64,000 nucleotides of DNA, taken from NCBI GenBank assembly GCA_963840855.1, contig CAWJBB010000068.1, positions 55,678 to 119,677 on the forward strand, in the 5' to 3' direction. Made by a program: the position numbers and the translations under genes. Under the pieces are notes generated by a model, which did not search any database, was not told the DNA's origin, and saw only the letters and a program-made list of their open reading frames with translations. The DNA is from an uncultured delta proteobacterium (lineage in GTDB: Bacteria; Desulfobacterota; Binatia; UBA9968). Each line of letters starts with the position of its first letter. The first letter of the stretch is position 1. Of this stretch, positions 52,544 through 62,325 are shown piece by piece.

Positions 52544-53836
52544 ATGAACATCACCGCCGAGCGCCTCGCGCAAAGACTCGAATCCGAGCTGGGCGCGAAT
52601 CTGGTGAGCCACGAATCCGGTGTGTTAACGGCCCATGCAGTCGATGGTAAAACGCCGGCGCTGGTTTGCTCGCCCGCAGCGCCGGAGCAAGTGGCGACGG
52701 TTCTGCTTATCTGCGCGGAAGCGAAAGCTGCGGTAAGCCCGTGGGGCGGCGGCACCATGATCAGCGTCGGCAATCTGCCGCGTGAAACCTGCGTCGCCAT
52801 AGAATTGACCGGAATGAATCGCGCCATTGAGCATGACCACGCCAATCTTACCGTCACGGTTCAGAGCGGGATCACGCTGGCCGCGCTGCGGGAAATTCTC
52901 TCGCGCCGGCAACAATTTTTGCCCTTCGATGCGCCGCGCCCAGCGCAGACAACCATCGGTGGCACCGTTGCCGTGAACATAAACGGGCCGCGGCGCGGTT
53001 GCTACGGCGGCATCCGCGACTTGGTCATCGGCATGAAAGTCGCGCTCATCACCGGCGAGCAGATTAAAGCCGGCGGCAAAGTCGTCAAAAATGTCGCGGG
53101 CTATGACATGTGCAAGCTTTTCACCGGCTCCCTGGGCACCCTCGGTGTCATAACCGAAGTCACTGTCCGAGTTGCGCCTATTGCGGAAACCACAGCGACC
53201 ATCATTGCGTCGGGGAGTTTCGATGAAGTTGTGGAATTCGTGGGTCAGCTGTCGCAGTCGCCCTTGCTCCCCGCGGCTGTGGTGCTCATGAATTCCCACC
53301 GCCAGTACGGCTCCGGCAATCCATGGCAGGCCGCCATCTGGTGTGACGGACTCCAAGAAACCGTCGCGCGGCACTTGTCGGACGCTGCAACCCTGGCACA
53401 GCAACTTGGACTTGGCACGGCGATCCTGCGCGGCGGCGGTCACGACGAATTTTGGGATGGGGTCCGGGATTTTCCCCTTGAAGCTGGACGCTGCGTCTAT
53501 CGCGCCACGGTGCCGCGGGCGGCGGTGGGCAGTTTCATCGAAGCGGTGCGCCAGACGACCGACTCAGTTCCAGCTCTTATCAGCGACATGGTCGTAGGAA
53601 CCGTTTGGCTTTCTTGGCCGGCTCACGTCCAAGCCACCGCCATGTGGCCCCAACTCATCTCGCTCGCGGCCGCGAACCGCGGCCACGCCGTCATGTTTTC
53701 CGCGCCCTATCAATTAAAAGCAGATCTTGACGTCTGGGGACCGCCGCCGGCGACGTTCTCGCTTATGCGCGAAATCAAGCATCGGTTCGATCCCCACGGC
53801 TTGCTCAATCCCGGCCGCTTTCTGGCGGGCATCTAG
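52544..53836 (+). CDS. glcE: Glycolate oxidase subunit GlcE
   Basis: GGKVVKNVAGYDMCKL..GSLGTLG, FDP.G.LNPG. Confidence 0.9.
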   Translation: MNITAERLAQRLESELGANLVSHESGVLTAHAVDGKTPALVCSPAAPEQVATVLLICAEAKAAVSPWGGGTMISVGNLPRETCVAIELTGMNRAIEHDHANLTVTVQSGITLAALREILSRRQQFLPFDAPRPAQTTIGGTVAVNINGPRRGCYGGIRDLVIGMKVALITGEQIKAGGKVVKNVAGYDMCKLFTGSLGTLGVITEVTVRVAPIAETTATIIASGSFDEVVEFVGQLSQSPLLPAAVVLMNSHRQYGSGNPWQAAIWCDGLQETVARHLSDAATLAQQLGLGTAILRGGGHDEFWDGVRDFPLEAGRCVYRATVPRAAVGSFIEAVRQTTDSVPALISDMVVGTVWLSWPAHVQATAMWPQLISLAAANRGHAVMFSAPYQLKADLDVWGPPPATFSLMREIKHRFDPHGLLNPGRFLAGI

Positions 53837-53847
53837 GCGAACTGCCC

Positions 53848-53946
53848 GTTCAAAGTTCAAGGTTCAATGTTCAACGTATTCCGGTCCTTAATTGAACCGC
53901 ATGACCGCTATCCCTAACTTTGAACCTTGAACGTTGAACATTGAAC
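53848..53946. repeat. 7-mer hairpin element, reverse-complement near-copy of 37290-37387
   Basis: gttcaaa gttcaag gttcaat gttcaac gtattcc..ccctaac tttgaac cttgaac gttgaac attgaac. Confidence 0.85.
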
Positions 53947-53950
53947 CAAT

Positions 53951-54454
53951 TTAGAAGAGGCGAATAACCCAATTGCTCATCCAGTTGTCCACGCCGAAGC
54001 CGGCGCTGCCGCGCGCGGCGAAATAAACCGCCGCCGCCAAAAATACCACATTATCGCGCAGGCCCACCTCGTGGGCATGGTAGGCTTGCCGGTCGAAGCT
54101 GTGAAAATAGTTTTGCGCCTGCTCATCTTTGAGCGCGTTTTTCACCGCCGGCGCCATCGTCGGCAACACCTTGAGCCAATAAGCATGAAGAAAAAACGTC
54201 GGAATCAAAAAGACCACGATCATCAGGGCACAGATGGGCGTCTGGATCCCCGCTGCGACTCCGAAGCCCCCCACAACCATTAAAAAAGTCGCCATGAAAC
54301 CGAAAAAAGTCGCGCCTTTGGGGAAAAGAATGCGGGCCGTCTCTACCGGATTGGGCCAGCGGCGCACGTTGCTCAGGCCGCTGATTAACATGCGCCAACC
54401 CAGGACCGCTCTGAGCATAGCCTCGGCAAAAATTACTAGGTTTGAATGTTCCAA
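53951..54454 (-). CDS. DoxX-family membrane protein
   Basis: LR..LG..M..SG, multiple TM segments, FL.PT...H.W. Confidence 0.7.
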   Translation of the reverse strand: MEHSNLVIFAEAMLRAVLGWRMLISGLSNVRRWPNPVETARILFPKGATFFGFMATFLMVVGGFGVAAGIQTPICALMIVVFLIPTFFLHAYWLKVLPTMAPAVKNALKDEQAQNYFHSFDRQAYHAHEVGLRDNVVFLAAAVYFAARGSAGFGVDNWMSNWVIRLF

Positions 54455-54684
54455 TTGGTCCTCCGCCGCGCTGTGTCAGTTAAATGACGGGACTATAGTC
54501 AGCAATCCTGTAGCGGTCAACGGTGAGAGAAAACAGGCTTAGGTGCCTTAGGGGTGAAGATTTTCGCTGGAATGCCATGATTTCGTTTGTCTACCTTGCG
54601 TAAATTTCATAAAATGGCAACTTATAAAACTTCAGCAATGTGGCACGAGGGTTGCTGATATGAGCTATCTTCCAGGAGGTCAAA

Positions 54685-55914
54685 ATGCAACGTGCTGCTC
54701 AATGGCTTCTCGCGTTCCTGCTCGCGCTGGCGGTTATCCTTCCCGCCCAAATCAGAGCACAGGCAAACCCAACCAACCAGGAACTGTTTCCTCTATTGCC
54801 CGGCCTCGAGCATCGGGTTGAATTTTGGAAGAAAATCTTCACGGAGTACAGCATTTCACAGCTGGTCTTCTTTGATGCCGTGGAAATGACCACTATTTAC
54901 GAAGTCCAAGATGTCGGCGAGAACAGCCGGACGAACGACTTTATCAATTCAGAGCGAACCCGCATTGCCGACGCTCATGGGGTCGATATCGACCGCGTCA
55001 AGGCACAAAGGGGTATTCGAGAAAGAACTGAAGCGGGAATCAAGCGCTCGGGGCGGCACATCGAGTACATTAAACGAGTTTTCCGCGAACGGGGCTTGCC
55101 CGAAGAACTGGGCTACCTCCCCCTGGTGGAATCATCCTTCGATATCACCGCGCGCTCCAGCGCCGGCGCCATGGGCATGTGGCAATTCATGCGTGCCACC
55201 GGGAGAGAGTATATGCGCGTTGATCGCCACGTCGACGAAAGGATCGATCCCATCGAATCTACCCGCGCGGCGGCATCGTACCTGAGTCAAGCCCATGGAT
55301 CCTTGGGCAATTGGCCCCTCGCCATCACTTCCTATAACTACGGTCAGGCGGGCGTCGCTCGCGCCGTGGCGCAAATCGGTTCCGAAAATCTTGTCGACTT
55401 GATCAACGATTATTCTCATCCTTACTGGGGCTATGCTCCCAAGAATTTTTACGCGGAGTTTTTGGTCGCCGTAGAGATCGGTAAGAATTATCAACAATAT
55501 TTTCCCGGTCTCGAGCTCGATGCTCCGGCAAATTTTCGCGAGGTCGAAGTCAAAAGCGGCTCGTCTGTGACCGCTCTCGCGAGCGCCGCGGGGCTCTCGC
55601 TGGAACAGTTCCTGGCATGGAACCCAGCCGTCAGCAGGAACGCGCGCATCATTCCAGCGGGTTACCAGATGAAATTACCCTCAGAGGGCAGCACGCCGCC
55701 AGTCGTCCAGGCAGCGCGGGCTAAACGCACGGAGATACAACCGCAGCGCGAGGTAAAAACTCAAGTTGTCCGCCACCGCGTTAAACGGGGCGAGACCATC
55801 GTTCAGATCGCGCGGCGCTATGGGGCGTCGGCGGAGCGCATCCTCGAGGCCAATGGCATGCGCCGCGCCAATTTTCTCCAGGTCGGAGCCCTGCTGCTGA
55901 TTCCCCGCAAGTAG
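54685..55914 (+). CDS. Lytic transglycosylase with LysM domains (MltD-like)
   Basis: LPLVESSF, SAGAMGMWQFM, AITSYNYG, C-terminal HRVKRGET LysM. Confidence 0.92.
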   Translation: MQRAAQWLLAFLLALAVILPAQIRAQANPTNQELFPLLPGLEHRVEFWKKIFTEYSISQLVFFDAVEMTTIYEVQDVGENSRTNDFINSERTRIADAHGVDIDRVKAQRGIRERTEAGIKRSGRHIEYIKRVFRERGLPEELGYLPLVESSFDITARSSAGAMGMWQFMRATGREYMRVDRHVDERIDPIESTRAAASYLSQAHGSLGNWPLAITSYNYGQAGVARAVAQIGSENLVDLINDYSHPYWGYAPKNFYAEFLVAVEIGKNYQQYFPGLELDAPANFREVEVKSGSSVTALASAAGLSLEQFLAWNPAVSRNARIIPAGYQMKLPSEGSTPPVVQAARAKRTEIQPQREVKTQVVRHRVKRGETIVQIARRYGASAERILEANGMRRANFLQVGALLLIPRK

Positions 55915-56059
55915 ACTCAGCGATCCGCGGCACGAGTTTCATTCCACGGCAAGATCGGGGCAACGAGCAATTGTCAAGATCTTGCCTCCTTACACGGCCG
56001 ACCTTTACTCATTGCCTCAGGCTTACCACACGGATCGGAAGTCATCATTCAGCAGCCTG

Positions 56060-56389
56060 GGTAGTGGTTCAATTAGAAGTCCCGCCCGTATCAGGAAAAC
56101 AAGAAAGATTTCTCGACAAGCAGCGTGAATTGTCATCCCGAACGACAGACTGTGTGAAAAGTCCGTTCATGGTTCCCTTCGACGTCGCTCAGGGCAGGCT
56201 GGTTCACCACGAACGGATGTCAGACATTACAAATCAAACATTTAGCCGTTCGCCCTGACCCCTCGACAGGCTCGGGACTAAAGGCTGTCGAGGGGCCAGT
56301 CCTGAGGCCCCTCGAAGGATCGAAGGGCTCTTAAGGGTTTTCACACAGGCTGACGAAGAGAGGGATCTTGCGCAAACTGAACCACTACC
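56060..56389. mobile_element. IS1-like MITE with 8-bp TSD, carrying a nested second MITE (56146-56352)
   Basis: TIRs GGTAGTGGTTCA / TGAACCACTACC; TSD GCAGCCTG at 56052-59 and 56390-97; inner TIRs CAGACTGTGTGAAAA / TTTTCACACAGGCTG. Confidence 0.85.
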
Positions 56390-56403
56390 GCAGCCTGCGA
56401 ACG

Positions 56404-56433
56404 TTGACAAGTTTTTAATCCACCGTCTATAGT
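56404..56433 (+). promoter_or_regulatory. Putative sigma70 promoter (leaderless mRNA)
   Basis: TTGACA-N18-TATAGT, 7 nt before ATG 56441. Confidence 0.65.
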
Positions 56434-56440
56434 CGGCGCC

Positions 56441-57436
56441 ATGACGCTCTCGGTGGGACAAAAGGCCGCTCGGAAAAGTTTGTTTCACGTCAAAAACGTT
56501 GTTTTCGCGCTGTTTCTCGCGCTGTCGCTTTTCGCTAAGACGTCGGCGCAAGAGACGCGCAAGGTCCGCCTCGCCTACTCCGCCTTCAGCATTTCGTTCT
56601 TAAACATCTTCCTCGCCCGCGACGCCGGGCTGTTCAAAAAGCATGGCCTCGAACCGGAATTGATCCAGATGGCGGGCCCATTGCCCATCGCGGCGCTAGC
56701 CGCGGGTGAGATCGATTACTTGACCGGTTATACCACGGGCATCATCGCGACCGGCCAGGGCGCGCCGCTCAGAGGGATCATGGTTTCGCTTCGCAAACCA
56801 CCTTTTTACCTGGTGGCCGAACCAAGCATACAGAAACCCGGCGATCTCACAGGGAAACGAATCGGCGTGGACCGCATCGGCAGTCTGCAACATCTGGTGG
56901 CGCGGCTACTATTGAAGACCAAGGGGGTCGATGGCGAAAAAGTTCTATTCACGCAAACGGGCTCGGTGTCCAATACCGTCACGAGCCTCGCGCAGGGCGC
57001 GGTTTCGGCCGCCGTGCTATCGGGCCCACACAACGTGATCATGACGCAGAAGGGATTCCGGCAAATCGGCGCGGCCGATGAGCTGGCAGTGCAATTTCCC
57101 ACCAGCGGTCTGGTAGTGAACGAGACGAAGCTAAAAACCGACGCCAGCCGCGTCAAGAGCGTCATTCGCGTCATGCTCGACGCCAACACTTTCAGCCTCC
57201 GAGAGAAAAACTGGGTGATAAATTACGTGCGGGAGAAATGGAAGATCGACCAAAAGTCCGCCGCAACAGTCTACGAGCAATGGCGCTCTATCATGACGCC
57301 GGACGGCAAGATCCCCGTCAAGGACATGCAGGAGTATTTTGATCTTGCCTACGCTCAAAAACAGATTTCCGCGCCGGTCAATGTCGCGGCGGTGACCGAC
57401 TACACGCTGCTCGATCAGGTATTGGCAGGTAAATAA
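56441..57436 (+). CDS. NMT1/SsuA-type substrate-binding protein
   Basis: Signal peptide, GLFKKHGLE.ELI, ALAAGEID, DL.GKRIGV. Confidence 0.88.
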   Translation: MTLSVGQKAARKSLFHVKNVVFALFLALSLFAKTSAQETRKVRLAYSAFSISFLNIFLARDAGLFKKHGLEPELIQMAGPLPIAALAAGEIDYLTGYTTGIIATGQGAPLRGIMVSLRKPPFYLVAEPSIQKPGDLTGKRIGVDRIGSLQHLVARLLLKTKGVDGEKVLFTQTGSVSNTVTSLAQGAVSAAVLSGPHNVIMTQKGFRQIGAADELAVQFPTSGLVVNETKLKTDASRVKSVIRVMLDANTFSLREKNWVINYVREKWKIDQKSAATVYEQWRSIMTPDGKIPVKDMQEYFDLAYAQKQISAPVNVAAVTDYTLLDQVLAGK

Positions 57437-57457
57437 AGTTCGGAGTCTAGAGTCTAG

Positions 57458-57588
57458 CAGAGTGCTGAAAAAGGGTTCGGAATGCTTCGAGAACCTCAGC
57501 ATGAACGGAAAATCTTCAATGATATCAAAACCCCTCCGTTCGTCCTGAGCCCCGTCGAAGGACTCCCACAGAGTTTTTCAGCAGCTTG
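57458..57588. mobile_element. MITE related to the inner element, inserted into a 7-mer hairpin
   Basis: TIRs ..GCTGAAAAA / TTTTTCAGC..; internal cttcga..ctcag..gaacgg / ccgttc..ctgag..tcgaag; flanks gagtcta gagtcta / gacccga gacacca gactctg. Confidence 0.7.
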
Positions 57589-57654
57589 GTAAGGTTAACT
57601 CAGGACCCGAGACACCAGACTCTGGACCATAACAGCGACCGAAGGGAGCAAAAT

Positions 57655-58323
57655 ATGGACGGCAAAGCACTGGTTGATTCGGTAAGAAAAGAGATCATTG
57701 AACCCGGCATTCAGCGCCTCATGGACACGCCCTATTTCACGGAGCTGCGCCAGGGCAAGCTATCCGTCAAGCGCATGCAAGGGTGGGCAATCCAGCACTA
57801 TCTACATAATAAAGCGATCCTCAGATCCTTCGCGTTGGGCATGGTCAAGAACGCCCAGGACCCGGCGATGTTCGATTACTTCACTTACCAATTTACCGAG
57901 GAACAATCCCATCCCGATCTGGCGAAACGTTTCGGCCTGGCTCTAGGCCTCAAGGAAGAAGATTTTACCGAAGCCACGCAAATTTTCGAATGTCAGATTC
58001 ACTCAGCGCGCACGGTCTATAACACCTTGATGGGCATTCCGCCCCAGAACCGCGCCTCGGCGCTCACCAGTGAAAGCATGGTCTGCCGCTACTCTGAGGA
58101 ATTTTTGAACGCCGGACGTAAGCACTACGGGCTCAGCGACCACGATCTGGTATTTTTCACTACCCACATGGTGGCTGACGTCGAACACACCGCGCAATCG
58201 GCTGATCTCATCGCCCGCATGGTCAAGACGCCGCGCGAAGAACGCCTGGTGCGCGAGAGCGCGCGATATATGGTCCGTATTAAACTCGGCAAGTTCGACG
58301 GCATTTATCGGGAATACGCGTAG
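57655..58323 (+). CDS. Heme-oxygenase-like dimetal protein (TenA/PqqC/CADD superfamily)
   Basis: EEQSHPDL, TSE, FFTTHMVADVEH. Confidence 0.8.
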   Translation: MDGKALVDSVRKEIIEPGIQRLMDTPYFTELRQGKLSVKRMQGWAIQHYLHNKAILRSFALGMVKNAQDPAMFDYFTYQFTEEQSHPDLAKRFGLALGLKEEDFTEATQIFECQIHSARTVYNTLMGIPPQNRASALTSESMVCRYSEEFLNAGRKHYGLSDHDLVFFTTHMVADVEHTAQSADLIARMVKTPREERLVRESARYMVRIKLGKFDGIYREYA

Positions 58324-58371
58324 ACGCCGTTCAAGATTCAAAAATTCGGATTCGAAGACACGGGCGCGAAA

Positions 58372-60528
58372 TTACTTTTTCAGCTGTTGCTCCGCAGCCT
58401 GAGCATACATTTGTTCGGCGTACTGTTTCACCATGCGACGCGCGCTAAAACGGGGCATGGTCGTACGAATCGCCGCCTTCACCATCTGGAGCCAGCGCCG
58501 CGGGACTTTGCTGGCGTCGCGATCATAAAATGTTGGGACGATCTCGTCTTCAAGGAGCCGGTAGAGTGCTTCCGCGTCGGCTGCGTCATCGGCAGCGGGA
58601 TCGCCCGCCGAAACGCCTCCGTCAATCAACCAGCCGTTAGATCCGGTATGCCCTTCCGCCCACCAACCGTCCCCAGTGCTCAGGTGAAGCACGCCATTGA
58701 TAGAAGCTTTCATGCCGCTGGTGCCACTCGCTTCGAAAGGCTTACGCGGGGTGTTCAACCAAACATCGCACCCTTGAACCAAAAAGTGCGCAACATGGAC
58801 GTCATAATCCTCGACGAAGGCGATACGCCCGCCGAAAGATGGGTCCTGGGCGTGGCTGAAAGTGTTTCGCAGGTGACCTTTACCGGGGTGATCCGATGGA
58901 TGGGCTTTTCCCGCAAATACAATCTGCACAGGACGTCGAAACGCCGTCAGGATGCGGGCCAGTCTTTCAGGGTTATGAAAAATCAGGTCGGGACGCTTGT
59001 AATCGGTATATCGCCGAGCGAATCCAATAGTGAGGGCCGCTGGATCCAGCAACGTCCCCATCGCCACGACATGGGCCACGGTCACCTGTTTTTGCGTCCA
59101 CAACTCGCGGATGCGCTCTCGAACGAAAGCAATGAGATAACTCCGCAGGGCCTCGCGGACTGCCCACAGCTCCTCGTCCGGAATCATCGAAACGCGATCC
59201 CAGAAATCCACCGCATCCTGGTGCTCCTTCCAGTCTGCGCCAAAATAGCGGTCGAAGAGATTGGCCATGTCCGGCGCGATCCAAGTGGGAACATGGACCC
59301 CATTAGTCACGCTTCTTATCGGGCGCTCACCCTCTGGAATGCCCGGCCAGAGCTGTGACCACATCGCCCGCGTGACTCGACCATGGACTTGACTGACGCC
59401 ATTGGTCGCGCCCGCGCTACGGATAGCCAGAGCCGTCATGTTGAACATTGACCCGAGGCCGTTGTCATACTGCCCAAGTTTCAATAACTCGTCGCGCTGT
59501 GGTCCAACGTTTTCCCACCACCCCGCGAGGTAAGAATTCACAAGATCAACGGGAAAAACATCGTGGCCGGCGGCTACCGGCGTGTGTGTTGTAAAGACTG
59601 TCGACCGTCGTACTTGGTCGAGCGCCGCTTCGAAGCTCTCTCCGCCTTCGATCAGCTCTTTGATTCTCTCCAGCGGCGCGAACGCTGTGTGGCCCTCGTT
59701 GAGGTGCCACACCATAGGTTGATAGCCCAGCGCGCGCAGCGCCCGAACGCCGCCGACACCCAAAATGATCTCTTGCTGAAGTCTTGTCTCGCGATCTCCA
59801 CCGTAAAGCCGCGCGGAAAGTTCGCGGTCCGCCGCTGCGTTCTCCTCAACCGCCGTGTCCAGGAGATAAATCTTCGCTCGGCCAAGCCGAACACACCAGA
59901 CCGAAACATGAACGGCCCGGTTGGCTAAGGGCACAGACACGATACAGGGATTTCCCCCTTGAGTGACAACCTGTTCCACAGGCGCGTGATCCCAATCGAG
60001 CTGCTCATAGAGCTCTTCCTGCCATCCTTCCGGGGACATCTTCTGATGAAAGTATCCCTGCGGATACATAAATCCTACGCCGATTAGCGGCAGCCCCAGA
60101 TCGCTCGCTTCCTTGCAGTGATCACCGGCCAAGACCCCAAGGCCGCCGGCGTAGATCGGCAACGTATGGTGCAGGGCAAATTCAGCAGAAATGTAGGCTA
60201 GCGGACGGTCCGGCAGATGAGCGAAAGTTCGAGCCCACCAGGATTCCTTCGCGGTCAGAGCGCGATCCAGACCCACCATCGCGGTGTCGTAAAGAGCAAC
60301 GAACGCCGGCTCTCGAGCGGCCCGCTTAAGATGCTCGTACGGCAACGTTTGTAGCATGCGGACGGGATTGTGCGAAGTCAATCGCCAAAGCGGGTAATCG
60401 AGACGTCTAAAGACCTCGCGCGCTTCCCAATGCCAAGTCCACCAGAGGTTAAACGCCAGTTGCCACAGCCCGCTGATCCGCTTCGGCAACGGAGGAGCAT
60501 CGTTCACCATCGTAGGTGTTGTAATCAC
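58372..60528 (-). CDS. glgP: Alpha-glucan (glycogen) phosphorylase
   Basis: LAFNLWWTW, YAGGLGVLAGD, HLNEGH, EASGTSGMKA. Confidence 0.95.
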   Translation of the reverse strand: MITTPTMVNDAPPLPKRISGLWQLAFNLWWTWHWEAREVFRRLDYPLWRLTSHNPVRMLQTLPYEHLKRAAREPAFVALYDTAMVGLDRALTAKESWWARTFAHLPDRPLAYISAEFALHHTLPIYAGGLGVLAGDHCKEASDLGLPLIGVGFMYPQGYFHQKMSPEGWQEELYEQLDWDHAPVEQVVTQGGNPCIVSVPLANRAVHVSVWCVRLGRAKIYLLDTAVEENAAADRELSARLYGGDRETRLQQEIILGVGGVRALRALGYQPMVWHLNEGHTAFAPLERIKELIEGGESFEAALDQVRRSTVFTTHTPVAAGHDVFPVDLVNSYLAGWWENVGPQRDELLKLGQYDNGLGSMFNMTALAIRSAGATNGVSQVHGRVTRAMWSQLWPGIPEGERPIRSVTNGVHVPTWIAPDMANLFDRYFGADWKEHQDAVDFWDRVSMIPDEELWAVREALRSYLIAFVRERIRELWTQKQVTVAHVVAMGTLLDPAALTIGFARRYTDYKRPDLIFHNPERLARILTAFRRPVQIVFAGKAHPSDHPGKGHLRNTFSHAQDPSFGGRIAFVEDYDVHVAHFLVQGCDVWLNTPRKPFEASGTSGMKASINGVLHLSTGDGWWAEGHTGSNGWLIDGGVSAGDPAADDAADAEALYRLLEDEIVPTFYDRDASKVPRRWLQMVKAAIRTTMPRFSARRMVKQYAEQMYAQAAEQQLKK

Positions 60529-60576
60529 ATGAACCTCAGTGCAACAACTGCGGGTACCGCCAGTGAGCCAGCCCGC

Positions 60577-61263
60577 TTAGTGTCCTTTCAATGCCGTCGC
60601 TTCGATCTCCAATAGACATTTATCTCCGGCGAATCCATCGACAAAACTGAACTCGACTGCCGCAGCCTGCCGCGGACTCCCTTCAGCCAGCGCCCGTTTT
60701 ATCACCGCCATGTCGTAACCACGCTGCAATAAAACCGAAAGTTTCATGACTTTGTTCCAGTCTGTTTGCGCGCGCGCGATGGCGTGGTCGTAAGTTTTCA
60801 GCACTTCGGAAGCCTGTTGTTCGAAAGCGGCGGCTTCAGAGGTAAAACCCGAGAAGAAAATCACTCCATCAAAATCAAGAAAATAGAGATAATTGCGCGC
60901 TGGCTCGAAGTCGACCGGCTTTCTTGCCGCCGCCGCATCGAGGGGCCGCATGGCGAGCAGTTCCAATCCCGCCGCGGCCTCCGAATCGAACCATTCCTGA
61001 GAAATGAAACTGGAACTCGCCGCCCGCTTGTCACCCGTGAGTATCTTGGACCGAGCGGCGGTCGCTAGAGTTCGAGCGTTCTTATCTCGCCCCCAGACCC
61101 TTACGCGCACGGCGTTCTCCAGGGACATACCGTGAGTCTTCAACTCTCCCTCGAAACGCTGGAAGAGCTCGTTGGTCGCGTCCCCTGCCGACGCTCCCTG
61201 ACGGCCTTCTCCGCTCAGTTGGACGAATTCACGCCCTAGCCATGTAAAGATTTGCTTCTCCAT
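60577..61263 (-). CDS. Tandem RidA/YjgF-like domain protein
   Basis: Two repeated ~110-aa units; FFSG, LLEIEATA C-terminus. Confidence 0.6.
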   Translation of the reverse strand: MEKQIFTWLGREFVQLSGEGRQGASAGDATNELFQRFEGELKTHGMSLENAVRVRVWGRDKNARTLATAARSKILTGDKRAASSSFISQEWFDSEAAAGLELLAMRPLDAAAARKPVDFEPARNYLYFLDFDGVIFFSGFTSEAAAFEQQASEVLKTYDHAIARAQTDWNKVMKLSVLLQRGYDMAVIKRALAEGSPRQAAAVEFSFVDGFAGDKCLLEIEATALKGH

Positions 61264-61395
61264 TGTGCCCACACTGTACTCCAGGGCGAGCATGAAATGA
61301 AAGCGCTGAAAGCGGCATTGGTTTCCCTTCACTTGCCGTTATGGCATAAGGGGCTGGGCTATCAGCAGCCTACCCACGACGAAGGAGAAGTAACG

Positions 61396-61815
61396 ATGCC
61401 GACGTTCGCCGAAATGTTCCGTCGCTTGATCTCCGCAGAGGGCCGAAGCCGCGCGGCAAAAACCGTAGAAGTGTTCGGCTGGTTGATTTTGGTCGAAGGC
61501 ACGTCGTTGGTGCTCTTTCCGAGCCTCGCGGTGTGGGTATTGCGCCTTCCTCCGCTGGTCGAGCAAGCTGAAAACTATTTTCGCCTCGTTGGTTTATTGG
61601 TCAGCGGTCTCGGCATGCTCTACGTCGCCGCCGGGCGCCTCAACGCCGAAGGATTTGTCTTCGCCTCGCTGCTCGATCGTCCGCTGGTGCCCGTTGCGAT
61701 GGCGATTCTTTGGTATTTGAATATCATTCCCGGACCCTTGGCGTTGATTTTTACGATTCAAGACTTCGGCAGTTTTCTTTGGACCCTTTCGACATGGCGA
61801 AGCGAGACTCGTTAG
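61396..61815 (+). CDS. Hypothetical membrane protein
   Basis: SD gaaggag; four hydrophobic segments. Confidence 0.7.
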   Translation: MPTFAEMFRRLISAEGRSRAAKTVEVFGWLILVEGTSLVLFPSLAVWVLRLPPLVEQAENYFRLVGLLVSGLGMLYVAAGRLNAEGFVFASLLDRPLVPVAMAILWYLNIIPGPLALIFTIQDFGSFLWTLSTWRSETR

Positions 61816-61914
61816 GCTTAGTTTCGCTAACTCGATGGTCTCGATATCTACTTTCGCCGGAGAATGATTGACAAAATAACGTCTGCTTCTATTCTGGAGC
61901 AGGGAGGAAATGAG

Positions 61915-62274
61915 ATGAATGAAGGACAGACTTTAGGGCGCAGGCAGAAACTCAGAAGGATGGAAGTCTTGCGGGCTGCCGACAAAGAGGTGCGACCGCA
62001 GGAGTGGTTCGAAGGCAAAGTTCCCGAGAAAGATGAGAATAGAGAAGATAGAGGGCAGGCTACTCGGGATCTTTTCGACTTGGGCTTGCTTGAAAAAGAT
62101 GGCCTTTTTCCGCGACCACGCCACCCGAATCCTTACTGTTTGACTCCGCAAGGACGGACCTTTCTAAAAGACGTGATGGCGAAGATTGGCAAAGGCAACA
62201 GTATTGATTGGAAACGCGTTAGGGAGATTGAATTCCCCATACTAGAGCGTCCTCTCCTTGCAGAAGATGTATAG
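61915..62274 (+). CDS. Hypothetical protein, possible winged helix
   Basis: SD gggagg; L.DLGLL..Y.LTPQGR.FL pattern. Confidence 0.55.
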   Translation: MNEGQTLGRRQKLRRMEVLRAADKEVRPQEWFEGKVPEKDENREDRGQATRDLFDLGLLEKDGLFPRPRHPNPYCLTPQGRTFLKDVMAKIGKGNSIDWKRVREIEFPILERPLLAEDV

Positions 62275-62325
62275 GCGCGGGCGCGTTTGGGATAAAGTTT
62301 CGACACCGCCAAGAGGACAAAGCAT

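Noticed and set aside
55971-56551. Small ORFs at 55971-56258, 56234-56551, 63286-63519 and 63608-63793
   Set aside because: They overlap MITE sequence and show no protein-like features
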